Assembly: GCA_018822885.1 (NCBI GenBank) | Contig: JAHJJA010000047.1 | Coordinates: 5,384 to 69,383 of the forward strand | Direction of reading: 5' to 3' | From: Candidatus Omnitrophota bacterium | GTDB taxonomy: Bacteria > Omnitrophota > Gorgyraeia > Gygaellales > Profunditerraquicolaceae | Length of the DNA stretch: 64,000 nucleotides | The notes under the pieces: generated by a model | What the model was told of the DNA's origin: nothing | The model's input: the letters and a program-made list of their open reading frames with translations, nothing else | The model's database searches: none | Shown here: piece by piece, positions 1 through 8,156 of the stretch | Layout of the letters: every line of letters begins with the position of its first letter | Numbering within the stretch: the stretch's first letter is position 1 | Program-made: the position numbers and the translations under genes

Positions 1-75
1 TATTCTCTCCTGGGGGTTTATTTTATCGTTGTTAATATTTTGTTTTATCAGGGTTTTTTCCAAGAAAAAATTTGA
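1..75 (+). CDS. 3' end of a gene truncated by the window edge (hydrophobic C-terminus)
   Basis: Frame 1 reads YSLLGVYFIVVNILFYQGFFQEKI* and stops just before the AGGAG RBS of the next gene. Confidence 0.4.
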   Translation, partial: YSLLGVYFIVVNILFYQGFFQEKI

Positions 76-88
76 CTAGGAGCTCAAG

Positions 89-793
89 ATGATGAATTTC
101 TTTGCGAATTGCCTTACTACTTTAAGCCTTTTGTTCGGGTTTATCTCGATAATCTTTTCTCTTGAGAGCCATTTTACCTTTGCATCCTGGGCGATCATCC
201 TTTCGGTTATCTTTGACGGCCTTGACGGGCATGTCGCGCGTATGAATCCAGTGCCCAGCGAATTCGGCAAGGAGCTTGATTCGCTTGTGGATGTTGTTGC
301 TTTTGGGGTTGCCCCGGTTGTCTTAGGGTATATTTTTGTTTATAGCGAGTTTCATTTCTGGCCTACGGTAGTATTATTTATTTATTTACTTTGTTCTATC
401 CTTCGCCTGGCAAAGTACAATATTACTCCTAAAGAAAAGATGCAAAACTACTTTTACGGTCTGCCTACTACAATGAGCGGGGGCACACTTGCTTCCTTTA
501 TTTTGATCTACAGAAGGTTCACCCAATCCCCTCCTCCGGTACTGTTCTTTTTGTTATTGGCGGCTGTCCTTGCTTTTCTCATGGTTTCCAGGGTCAAATA
601 TGCTAATTTAGACGGCATGAAGCAGATGTTTGGGAAATCGAAGTTTTTGTTATTGCTTGTGCTCTTGATTATCGCGGCCACCTTGTTCTCTTTTTATTGT
701 TTCACGTCGGTATTTTTACCTGAACTGATAGTTCTTGCGATTTTTGCGATTTATTTGATATTTTTCCCTTTCTTTCTGCGGAAATTTGTGTAG
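89..793 (+). CDS. pssA: CDP-diacylglycerol--serine O-phosphatidyltransferase
   Basis: CDP-alcohol phosphotransferase motif DGLDGHVAR...GKELDSLVD; multiple TM segments. Confidence 0.85.
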   Translation: MMNFFANCLTTLSLLFGFISIIFSLESHFTFASWAIILSVIFDGLDGHVARMNPVPSEFGKELDSLVDVVAFGVAPVVLGYIFVYSEFHFWPTVVLFIYLLCSILRLAKYNITPKEKMQNYFYGLPTTMSGGTLASFILIYRRFTQSPPPVLFFLLLAAVLAFLMVSRVKYANLDGMKQMFGKSKFLLLLVLLIIAATLFSFYCFTSVFLPELIVLAIFAIYLIFFPFFLRKFV

Positions 794-854
794 AATATTA
801 CAAGTCGCTAGCAATAGCGAACGAGGTGTTTTTAAGTCAAGTTGTTCATAAATT

Positions 855-903
855 CAAGACCCGATCTTAGGATGAGGTATAGATGGAGTAAGATCGGGTC
901 TTG
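855..903. repeat. REP/REPIN-like inverted repeat CAAGACCCGATCTTA...TAAGATCGGGTCTTG
   Basis: Perfect 15-bp arms around a 19-nt spacer; related copy at 19869-19918. Confidence 0.75.
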
Positions 904-914
904 TAAGCATAGCT

Positions 915-989
915 GCCGAGGTAGCTCAGTGGTAGAGCGCGGCCCTGAAAAGGCCGGCGTGGGAAGTCCGATTCTTCTCCTCGGCACCA
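915..989 (+). tRNA. tRNA-Phe (GAA)
   Basis: Cloverleaf: GCCGAGG/CCTCGGC acceptor, CGGCC-CTGAAAA-GGCCG anticodon arm, encoded CCA; atypical T-loop TCCGATT. Confidence 0.88.
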
Positions 990-991
990 TT

Positions 992-1030
992 ACATAAAGG
1001 GCAGTCATTATGACTGCCCTTTATGTTTTT
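992..1030 (+). terminator. Intrinsic terminator after tRNA-Phe
   Basis: ACATAAAGGGCAGTCA-TTA-TGACTGCCCTTTATGT followed by a T run. Confidence 0.8.
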
Positions 1031-1099
1031 AGTTAAGGGGCGCAGGAAATAAAAAGAAAAAATATCTCTGTTGTGATATAATCAATTACGGAGAAGAAG

Positions 1100-4000
1100 A
1101 TGAAAATAGCTATTCTGACAAATGAATACCCGCCGAATGTATATGGCGGCGCCGGAGTCCATGTTGAATATTTGACCCGCGAACTTTCCAGGCTGGAGAA
1201 CGGCGCGCACGTGGTAAAAGTCTTTTGTTTTGGAGCTCAGAAGGCTGAAAGCGCAAATTTAAGAGTTGAAGGGGTAAGCGCGCAGTATGATTTTCCGGTT
1301 AAAGACGCTCGGCATAAAAAGTTCCTGGATACCATGCTCAAAGACATCATCATTTCAGGTGAGCTTGATGATGTCGATATAGTGCATTGTCATACCTGGT
1401 ACAGCCACTTTGCGGGGCTTATGGTAAAACAGCTGTTAAACATTCCGCTTGTCCTGACAACCCACTCCCTGGAGCCGCACCGGCCGTGGAAAGCCGAACA
1501 GCTCGGTACCGCTTATAACGCGAGTTCCTGGATTGAAAGGACCGCTTATGAAAACGCGGATGGTGTCATAGCGGTCTCTAAAGCAATGAGAAAAGATATC
1601 AAGGACCTCTATAACGTGCCTTCCGAAAGGATCAAAGTAATTTATAACGGCATTGACCTAAATCAATATAAGCCGGTTAAGGACAAGGCAGTCCTTAATA
1701 AATACAAAATAGACCCGAAAATCCCGTATATACTTTTTGTCGGCAGGATCACCAGGCAAAAAGGGATCATCCACCTCGTGAACGCGATCAAGCACATTAA
1801 AGCGGGGCATCAGGTGGTTTTATGCGCGGGCGCTCCTGACACAAAAGAAATAGTGGAGGAAATGAAAGTCAAAGTTGAGAAGGTCAGAAAAGAAACAAAG
1901 AATAAAGTCATCTGGATAGAGGAAATGGTTTCTAAAGAAGATATCATAGCGCTTTATTCACAGGCAGCACTTTTTGTCTGTCCCTCGGTTTATGAGCCTT
2001 TTGGCATAATCAATATTGAGGCAATGGCGTGCGAGACCCCGGTAGTCGCGACAAAAGTAGGAGGCATCCCTGAAATAGTCGTGCCAAATGAAACAGGGTT
2101 ACTGGTGCCGATCCAGCACAAAGGCGCCAATGACTTCGAGCCGGTTGAGCCGGAAAAATTCTCAGAGGATTTAGCTTGCGCGATCAATTCTATCATAGAC
2201 GATGCCGGTAAACTTAGAGATATGGGGCTTAAGTCAAGGCAGCGGGTAGTGGAGCTTTTCAGCTGGAAGAGTATAGCCGAGGAGACCCTTGATTTTTATA
2301 AGCACCTTATTGAAAAGAAGGGTGCGCTAGACGTCAAAGGTAAACAGCGTGTGACTATTGAAAAGGTCCTGCCTGAGGTGGACAATGGAAAATATCCGAT
2401 AAAAAGGGTGCCCGGACAGCGCGTGAAAGTCATGGCCCATATTATTTCAGATGGGCACGATGAGAAGACGGCTTTTCTTCATTATTCTCATGCTTCGGAT
2501 AAGACATGGCAGGAAAAAGAACTGCTCCTGCAATATAACGACGAATATCTCGGGGATTTTGAGATTGAAAAAGAAGGTACCTATTTTTACACGGTGCGTT
2601 CCTGGATCGACCACTTTAAGACCTGGCGCAGCGAACTCGAGAAAAAGATCGCGGTAAAACAGGATGTTGCTGTAGATCTTTTAATAGGCGTTTCTTTGAT
2701 AGAGGAAGCATTGGGAAGGGCAGGGAAGAAAGATGGGGAGAAATTATCCGGATATATTGAAAAAATTAAACGTAAGGGTAAGGATCAGATAAAAGCAGCT
2801 TTGAGTAAAGAGCTCCTTGAGCTTATGAAAAAATATCCTGAAAAGGCCCTTATCTCGCAATATCACAACGAACTTGAAGTGAAAGTGGAGAGGGACAGGG
2901 CATCTTTTAGCAGCTGGTACGAGATGTTTCCTCGTTCAACTTCCAGGGTGATAGGTAAGCATGGGACCTTTAAGGATTGTGAGAAACTGCTTCCGGAAAT
3001 CGCAGGTATGGGTTTTGATGTTCTATATTTTCCACCCATCCACCCAATAGGGGTAAAAAACAGGAAGGGCAAGAATAATTCTATAAAAGCCACAGCTTCA
3101 GATCCGGGTAGCCCTTGGGCAATAGGTGGGAAGGAGGGCGGGCATAAAGCAATACATCCAGAGCTGGGGAGTTTTGAGGATTTTGCTTCGCTGGTTGCCA
3201 AGGCCAAAAAACACGGGATGGAGATAGCTCTTGATATTGCTTTTCAGTGTTCAAATGACCATCCGTATATCAAAGAGCATCCCGAGTGGTTCTCCTGGAG
3301 GCCGGATAGGACTATCCAGCACGCTGAAAACCCACCGAAAAAATATGAAGATATCGTCCCTTTTAATTTTAGAACAGACAACTGGAAAGAGTTGTGGGAA
3401 GAGTTAAAATCAATTTTCATCTTCTGGGCACAAAAGGGGGTAAGGATATTCAGGGTAGACAATCCTCACACAAAGCCGGTCGCCTTCTGGGAATGGCTAA
3501 TAGCCGAGGTAAAAAAAGAATATCCTGACACACTCTTTCTTTCCGAGGCTTTTACCAGGCCGAAGATGATGAACATGCTTGCAAAAGTTGGTTTTTCACA
3601 GTCATATACTTACTTCACCTGGAGAAATACAAAGCATGAGCTTGTCGAATATATTAATGACTTGACCAAGACCGCAGCTGCTGAGTTTTTCAGGCCGAAT
3701 TTCTGGCCGAATACTCCTGATATCCTGCACGAATACCTGCAGAAAGGAGGCAGGCCCGCTTTTATCATACGGCTTGTGCTTGCAGGCACGATTTCTTCTA
3801 ATTACGGGATATATGGGGGCGCCTACATAACCTGCCAGAACGAGCCCTATCCGGGTAAAGAAGAGTATGTAAACAACGAAAAGTATGAATTAAAAAACTG
3901 GAATCTAAACGCGCCGGGCAATATTAAGAAAGAAGTCACCCTAATAAACAAGATCAGGAAGGAAAACCCGGCGTTTCAGGAAACAAACAATATAAGCCTC

Positions 4001-4267
4001 AGGGAAACGAATAACCCCAACATAATTTCTTATGTAAAAGCCACTAGAGATCTGTCCAGCGTAATTTTGACCGTTGTAAATCTTGACCCGCGCAACACGC
4101 ATGCGGGCCTGGTAAGTGTGCCTTTAGGCGAACTTGGCTTGCCGGACGACGAAGATTATGAAGTCGAGGATTTATTGAACAATGAAACTTATATCTGGAA
4201 TGGCGAGTGGAACTATGTTGAACTTGATCCTGCCATAACCCCTGCTCATATATTTCGGATCAAGTGA
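1100..4267 (+). CDS. glgE: Fusion of a GlgM/GlgA-type GT4 glycosyltransferase (N-terminal ~410 aa) and GlgE maltosyltransferase (GH13_3)
   Basis: N-term TNEYPPNVYGGAGVHV, HCHTWY, HSLEPHRPWKAEQLG, CPSVYEPFGI; C-term SWYEMFPRS, FRVDNPHTKP, SEAFTRP, RPNFWPNTPDIL; one continuous frame. Confidence 0.9.
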   Translation: MKIAILTNEYPPNVYGGAGVHVEYLTRELSRLENGAHVVKVFCFGAQKAESANLRVEGVSAQYDFPVKDARHKKFLDTMLKDIIISGELDDVDIVHCHTWYSHFAGLMVKQLLNIPLVLTTHSLEPHRPWKAEQLGTAYNASSWIERTAYENADGVIAVSKAMRKDIKDLYNVPSERIKVIYNGIDLNQYKPVKDKAVLNKYKIDPKIPYILFVGRITRQKGIIHLVNAIKHIKAGHQVVLCAGAPDTKEIVEEMKVKVEKVRKETKNKVIWIEEMVSKEDIIALYSQAALFVCPSVYEPFGIINIEAMACETPVVATKVGGIPEIVVPNETGLLVPIQHKGANDFEPVEPEKFSEDLACAINSIIDDAGKLRDMGLKSRQRVVELFSWKSIAEETLDFYKHLIEKKGALDVKGKQRVTIEKVLPEVDNGKYPIKRVPGQRVKVMAHIISDGHDEKTAFLHYSHASDKTWQEKELLLQYNDEYLGDFEIEKEGTYFYTVRSWIDHFKTWRSELEKKIAVKQDVAVDLLIGVSLIEEALGRAGKKDGEKLSGYIEKIKRKGKDQIKAALSKELLELMKKYPEKALISQYHNELEVKVERDRASFSSWYEMFPRSTSRVIGKHGTFKDCEKLLPEIAGMGFDVLYFPPIHPIGVKNRKGKNNSIKATASDPGSPWAIGGKEGGHKAIHPELGSFEDFASLVAKAKKHGMEIALDIAFQCSNDHPYIKEHPEWFSWRPDRTIQHAENPPKKYEDIVPFNFRTDNWKELWEELKSIFIFWAQKGVRIFRVDNPHTKPVAFWEWLIAEVKKEYPDTLFLSEAFTRPKMMNMLAKVGFSQSYTYFTWRNTKHELVEYINDLTKTAAAEFFRPNFWPNTPDILHEYLQKGGRPAFIIRLVLAGTISSNYGIYGGAYITCQNEPYPGKEEYVNNEKYELKNWNLNAPGNIKKEVTLINKIRKENPAFQETNNISLRETNNPNIISYVKATRDLSSVILTVVNLDPRNTHAGLVSVPLGELGLPDDEDYEVEDLLNNETYIWNGEWNYVELDPAITPAHIFRIK

Positions 4268-4306
4268 ACAGACAGCTAAATTAGGTATTTTCTGCATCCA
4301 AAAAGA

Positions 4307-4340
4307 AAAACCCCGCAGCCAGATTTCTCTGCGGGGTTTT
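4307..4340. terminator. Bidirectional intrinsic terminator between convergent glgM-glgE and csp
   Basis: AAAACCCCGCAG...CTGCGGGGTTTT. Confidence 0.8.
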
Positions 4341-4360
4341 GTGTGTCAGAATGCTTTAGC

Positions 4361-4561
4361 TTATATTTTCGAAACGTTGGTTGCCTGGTCGCCCTTAGGC
4401 CCCTGGGTAACTTCGTATTCGACTGCGTCGCCTTCTGCTAAGGATTTATAGCCTTCTGACTTGATCGCGCTGTAGTGTACAAAGACGTCTTTTCCATCCT
4501 CGCCAGTGACAAAGCCGTAACCCTTTTGGTTCGAGAACCACTTTACTTTGCCTTTTGCCAT
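4361..4561 (-). CDS. cspA: Cold-shock protein
   Basis: KGKVKWF, KGYGFV (RNP1), DVFVHYSAI (RNP2). Confidence 0.95.
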   Translation of the reverse strand: MAKGKVKWFSNQKGYGFVTGEDGKDVFVHYSAIKSEGYKSLAEGDAVEYEVTQGPKGDQATNVSKI

Positions 4562-4583
4562 TTATTTCTGTTCACCCCCTTTA

Positions 4584-4638
4584 CAACAAAAAAACCGTAA
4601 AGCGTTTTGTTTAGTTCTTTGCTTTTACGGTTTCGTCC
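4584..4638 (-). promoter_or_regulatory. Terminator-like hairpin in the csp 5' leader (putative attenuator)
   Basis: Minus strand GGACG-AAACCGTAAAAGC-AAAGAACTAAACAAAAC-GCTTTACGGTTT-TTTTG; similar element at 55080-55118. Confidence 0.6.
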
Positions 4639-4682
4639 ATGTTACTAATCGCTATGCTCCTTTGTTTCTGTAGCTTGAAAAT

Positions 4683-4730
4683 AATATAACACATTTTTTT
4701 ATATTGTCAATCTAAACTTTATGCTATAAT
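4683..4730. promoter_or_regulatory. Divergent sigma70-type promoters (csp on minus, tRNA-Thr locus on plus)
   Basis: Minus: TTGACA (4710-4705)-N16-TATATT; plus: extended -10 TGcTATAAT ending at 4730. Confidence 0.55.
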
Positions 4731-4752
4731 TACATAAATATTTTAGCAGTTT

Positions 4753-4985
4753 GCCGATGTAGCTTAAGCCCCGAAAGGCGCTTCGTGCATTCGGGTCCCG
4801 ACTTACGACATTAGATGTCGTTTGGTCGGAACGTCGGGATTGGTAGATTGGTGGTAGGATTATCATATGCCGATGTAGCTCAGCCCCGACGCTCGCTTAC
4901 GCTCGGTCGGGGTCCCGACTTCCGACACTAGATGTCGTTTGGTCGGAACGTCGGGATTGGTAGATTGGTGGTAGGATTATCATAT
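4753..4985 (+). repeat. Two tandem units (116 and 117 nt), each a tRNA-Thr 5' fragment interrupted by two hairpin elements
   Basis: Each unit is GCCGATGTAGCT(C/TA)AG + hairpin + TCCCGAC...GTCGGGA + TTGGTAGA + TTGGTGGTAGGATTATCATAT; units start at 4753 and 4869, the intact tRNA at 4986. Confidence 0.92.
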
Positions 4986-5058
4986 GCCGATGTAGCTCAG
5001 TTGGTAGAGCAGCGCTTTCGTAAAGCGCGGGCCGGAGGTTCGATCCCTCTCATCGGCT
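4986..5058 (+). tRNA. tRNA-Thr (CGT)
   Basis: GCCGATG/CATCGGC acceptor, GCGCT-TTCGTAA-AGCGC anticodon arm, GGAGG-TTCGATC-CCTCT T-arm; CCA not encoded. Confidence 0.93.
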
Positions 5059-5071
5059 AAATTTTGTCTTT

Positions 5072-6328
5072 ATGCCCAAAATAAGAGAAGTATTAAAGAA
5101 CCGCGATTTCTTTTTGTTGTGGGTCGGCCAGATAATCTCCCAACTTGGTGACAGGTTGGGGTTTATGGCCCTGATCGGTTTTGCCTATTCTAAAAAAGAC
5201 CAAGGTTCGCCCGCCGAAATATTCAAGATCCTCCTGTTTACGATAATCCCGGTTTTTCTTATCGGCCCGATAGCCGGGGCTTATGTGGACAGGTGGGACA
5301 GGCGCAGGACGATGTATCTTTGCGACCTTCTGCGGATGCTCTTGGTTTTGATCATCCCGTTTTTTTTATTTTATCAGAGGAATCTGCCCATAGCTTATTG
5401 TATCATATTCCTGATCTTCTGTCTGGCGCGTTTCTTTGTGCCTGCGAAGTTAGCTATTGTTCCTGATCTGGTGGAGAAGAAACATCTTTTAATGGCTAAT
5501 TCGCTGGTGAATGTGACAGGGATGATCGCTTTTGTCATCGGCTCTGGAGTCGGAGGTGTCTTGGTAGAATGGGTGGGGGCTGAAAAGGGGTTCTATCTGG
5601 ATGCCTTGAGTTTTCTTGTCTCCGCATTGCTAATATTCTCTATTTCGACCCGCTGGGCAGTGAAAATGAACTTTAAGAGGATAAGCGGAGAGATAGTCGA
5701 GGTGATCAAGAAGTCAGTTGCGCAGGAAATAAAAGAGGGGTTTATTTATTTTGTAAGCAAAAAGGATATAAGATTTACTTCCTGGATTCTCTTTGTAGTA
5801 GCTTCTGCTTTAGGCATTCTATCGGTTGTCTCTATCGTATTTATCCAAAATACCCTGCACTCTGCGACTAAAGACCTTGGGCTTTTGATCATGTTTTTAG
5901 GGGCAGGGCTGTTTGTGGGGACGCTTGCTTACGGGAAATTCTGCCAAAGGGTCTCTCATTATAAGGCGATCTTTGTGGCATTTATCTTAAGCGGCGGCCT
6001 GATCATCTGCTTTACCTTAAGTTTAAGCAGGTATCCTCATTTTGGCATTGCCATGGCCCTTGCGTTGATGTTCGGGTTGTTGGTCTCGCCGATCATGTCT
6101 GTGGTCAATACTATTATCCATAAGACCAGCGATAATGATATGCGGGGCAAGATCTTTAGCTCCTTAGAAATCGTAATGCATTTTGGATTTTTATTATTCA
6201 TGTGGATAAGCAGTATCCTCGCGGAGCGTTTTTCAAATTCGCTAATACTTGTAATCGTCGGGTGTGTTTTTATCGCGCTGGGTATTATTAATCTTATTTT
6301 TCATCGTAGGATTCCATGGTTAGATTAG
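5072..6328 (+). CDS. MFS transporter (DHA3/macrolide-efflux-like)
   Basis: GQIISQLGD, GAYVDRWDRRR motif A, ~12 TM segments. Confidence 0.85.
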   Translation: MPKIREVLKNRDFFLLWVGQIISQLGDRLGFMALIGFAYSKKDQGSPAEIFKILLFTIIPVFLIGPIAGAYVDRWDRRRTMYLCDLLRMLLVLIIPFFLFYQRNLPIAYCIIFLIFCLARFFVPAKLAIVPDLVEKKHLLMANSLVNVTGMIAFVIGSGVGGVLVEWVGAEKGFYLDALSFLVSALLIFSISTRWAVKMNFKRISGEIVEVIKKSVAQEIKEGFIYFVSKKDIRFTSWILFVVASALGILSVVSIVFIQNTLHSATKDLGLLIMFLGAGLFVGTLAYGKFCQRVSHYKAIFVAFILSGGLIICFTLSLSRYPHFGIAMALALMFGLLVSPIMSVVNTIIHKTSDNDMRGKIFSSLEIVMHFGFLLFMWISSILAERFSNSLILVIVGCVFIALGIINLIFHRRIPWLD

Positions 6329-7623
6329 AAGAGCATAAACAGCAAACAGAACATAAGGCGATAGAAAACCTTCCCATGCCGCAGAGGGTCTATATTACTT
6401 TATCCCAGCATCTGGGTAAGGTGTGCGAGCCTTTAGTTAAGGTTGGGGATCCGGTATTTTTGGGGCAGAAGATAGCCGCTGCTCAGGCGCATGTATTTTC
6501 ACTGGTATATTCTTCTGTTTCCGGCAAAGTAGGCGCGATCCAGGAGTGGCCGCATCCTGTGTTGGGGCGCTGCAAAGCAATCGTGATCGAGAATGACGGG
6601 TTAGATAAGTTACAAGTTCAGAAGGTCGCCAGGTCACAAGAAGAAGTAGGCAGATTGACTCCCGAAGTAATACGTAACATCGTATTCGAGGCCGGGATAG
6701 TCGGGATGGGCGGGGCAAGTTTCCCGTCGCATATAAAACTTAATCCTCCGAAGCCTGTGGATATATTAGTTATTAACGGCGCTGAATGCGAGCCGTATTT
6801 GACCAGTGACTCAAGGCTTATGATTGAGAAGGCAAAGGAGATTCTTCTGGGTTCAGAGCTGGTGGCTAAATGCGTCGGGGCCAAGGATGTCTATATAGGT
6901 ATTGAAGATAATAAGCCGGAAGCGATTGAGATTATAACTCACCAGGTCACAAAGTCACCCTCTGACTTCGCAAGAGGTGGGCAAAGTTACAAGTTGAAAG
7001 TGCTAAAATCCGCTTATCCGCAAGGAGGGGAGAAGCAGCTTATAAAGAATGTTTTAGGAAAAGAAGTGCCTTCAGGTAAGCTGCCTTTTGATATCGGGGT
7101 GGTGGTGCAGAATGTGGCTACTTGTTTTGCTATATATGAAGCGGTTTATTTAGGTAAGCCGTTATATGAAAGAGTGGTCACAGTGACAGGGGATTGCCTT
7201 GAAAGCCCCAAGAATCTTCTTGCGCGCATTGGCACGCCGATAAAAGAATTAATAGATTTTTGTGGCCCCCGGAGTAAAGAACCATCAAAGATAATCATGG
7301 GAGGTCCGATGATGGGGTTTGCGCAATTTACTGACCAGGTCCCGGTAATTAAAAGCACAAACGGCGTCCTGGTTTTATCCGACACCGGTTACAAGACAAT
7401 AGAAGACGCTCTTTGCATACGTTGCAGTCGCTGTGTCCAGGAGTGTCCGGTGGGCCTTATGCCTTGCCTTATTGCTATGGCTTCGCAGAAAGAAAGGTGG
7501 GATCTGGCTAATGATCACAGATGCATGGACTGTATGGAGTGTGGTGTATGCAGTTATACCTGTCCGCAGAAGATAAATCTCGTCCAGCTAATAAAGCAGG
7601 CAAAAATGAAGGTGGCAAGATGA
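6316..7623 (+). CDS. rnfC: Rnf complex subunit C
   Basis: AGIVGMGGASFP, INGAECEPY, YPQGGEKQL, two CxxCxxCxxxCP clusters. Confidence 0.95.
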   Translation: MVRLEEHKQQTEHKAIENLPMPQRVYITLSQHLGKVCEPLVKVGDPVFLGQKIAAAQAHVFSLVYSSVSGKVGAIQEWPHPVLGRCKAIVIENDGLDKLQVQKVARSQEEVGRLTPEVIRNIVFEAGIVGMGGASFPSHIKLNPPKPVDILVINGAECEPYLTSDSRLMIEKAKEILLGSELVAKCVGAKDVYIGIEDNKPEAIEIITHQVTKSPSDFARGGQSYKLKVLKSAYPQGGEKQLIKNVLGKEVPSGKLPFDIGVVVQNVATCFAIYEAVYLGKPLYERVVTVTGDCLESPKNLLARIGTPIKELIDFCGPRSKEPSKIIMGGPMMGFAQFTDQVPVIKSTNGVLVLSDTGYKTIEDALCIRCSRCVQECPVGLMPCLIAMASQKERWDLANDHRCMDCMECGVCSYTCPQKINLVQLIKQAKMKVAR

Positions 7624-8156
7624 AAGAGATAGTCAGGTACAGTTTGGTGTTAGGGGTGATCTGTTTTATTTCCGGGACGCTTTTGGCTGTGGTCAATAGC
7701 GCTGCACAGCCAAAGATCGCGCTCCAGAAGGAGGAGGCAGAGAAGCTGGCGCTTAAAGAGGTAGTCCCTCAAGCGGATGATTTTAGACCGGTAAAGGAAG
7801 GCGAGAAGTTACTCTATTACAGCGCTTATAATAAATCGGGTAAACTTATGGGTTTTGCTATTAAAACCGAAGCAACAGGATACTCTTCCGACATCCAGGC
7901 CCTGACAGGGCTTGGTCTTGATTTTAATATAATCTGTGTTAAGGTATTATCTCAAAATGAGACCCCCGGGCTTGGCAGCAGGATAGAGGAGACGTCTTTT
8001 CTAGAGCAATTTAAAGGCAAGGATCTTGGGTCATTTGATAAAATAGAGGCGATAAGCGGAGCTACTATTTCTTCCTCGGCCCTGATGGATTCGATTAAAA
8101 AGAAGATCTCCGAGACTAAAGATGAATTACAAAGAGAGATAAAGAATGCAAAATAA
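7620..8156 (+). CDS. rnfG: Rnf complex subunit G
   Basis: N-terminal TM, ETPGLG, SGATISS FMN-attachment motif; start moved to ATG 7620, overlapping the rnfC stop. Confidence 0.92.
   Translation: MKEIVRYSLVLGVICFISGTLLAVVNSAAQPKIALQKEEAEKLALKEVVPQADDFRPVKEGEKLLYYSAYNKSGKLMGFAIKTEATGYSSDIQALTGLGLDFNIICVKVLSQNETPGLGSRIEETSFLEQFKGKDLGSFDKIEAISGATISSSALMDSIKKKISETKDELQREIKNAK

Noticed and set aside
4753-4985. CRISPR array
   Set aside because: Only two units, the constant part is tRNA-derived and far longer than a CRISPR repeat, and no cas genes are in the window.
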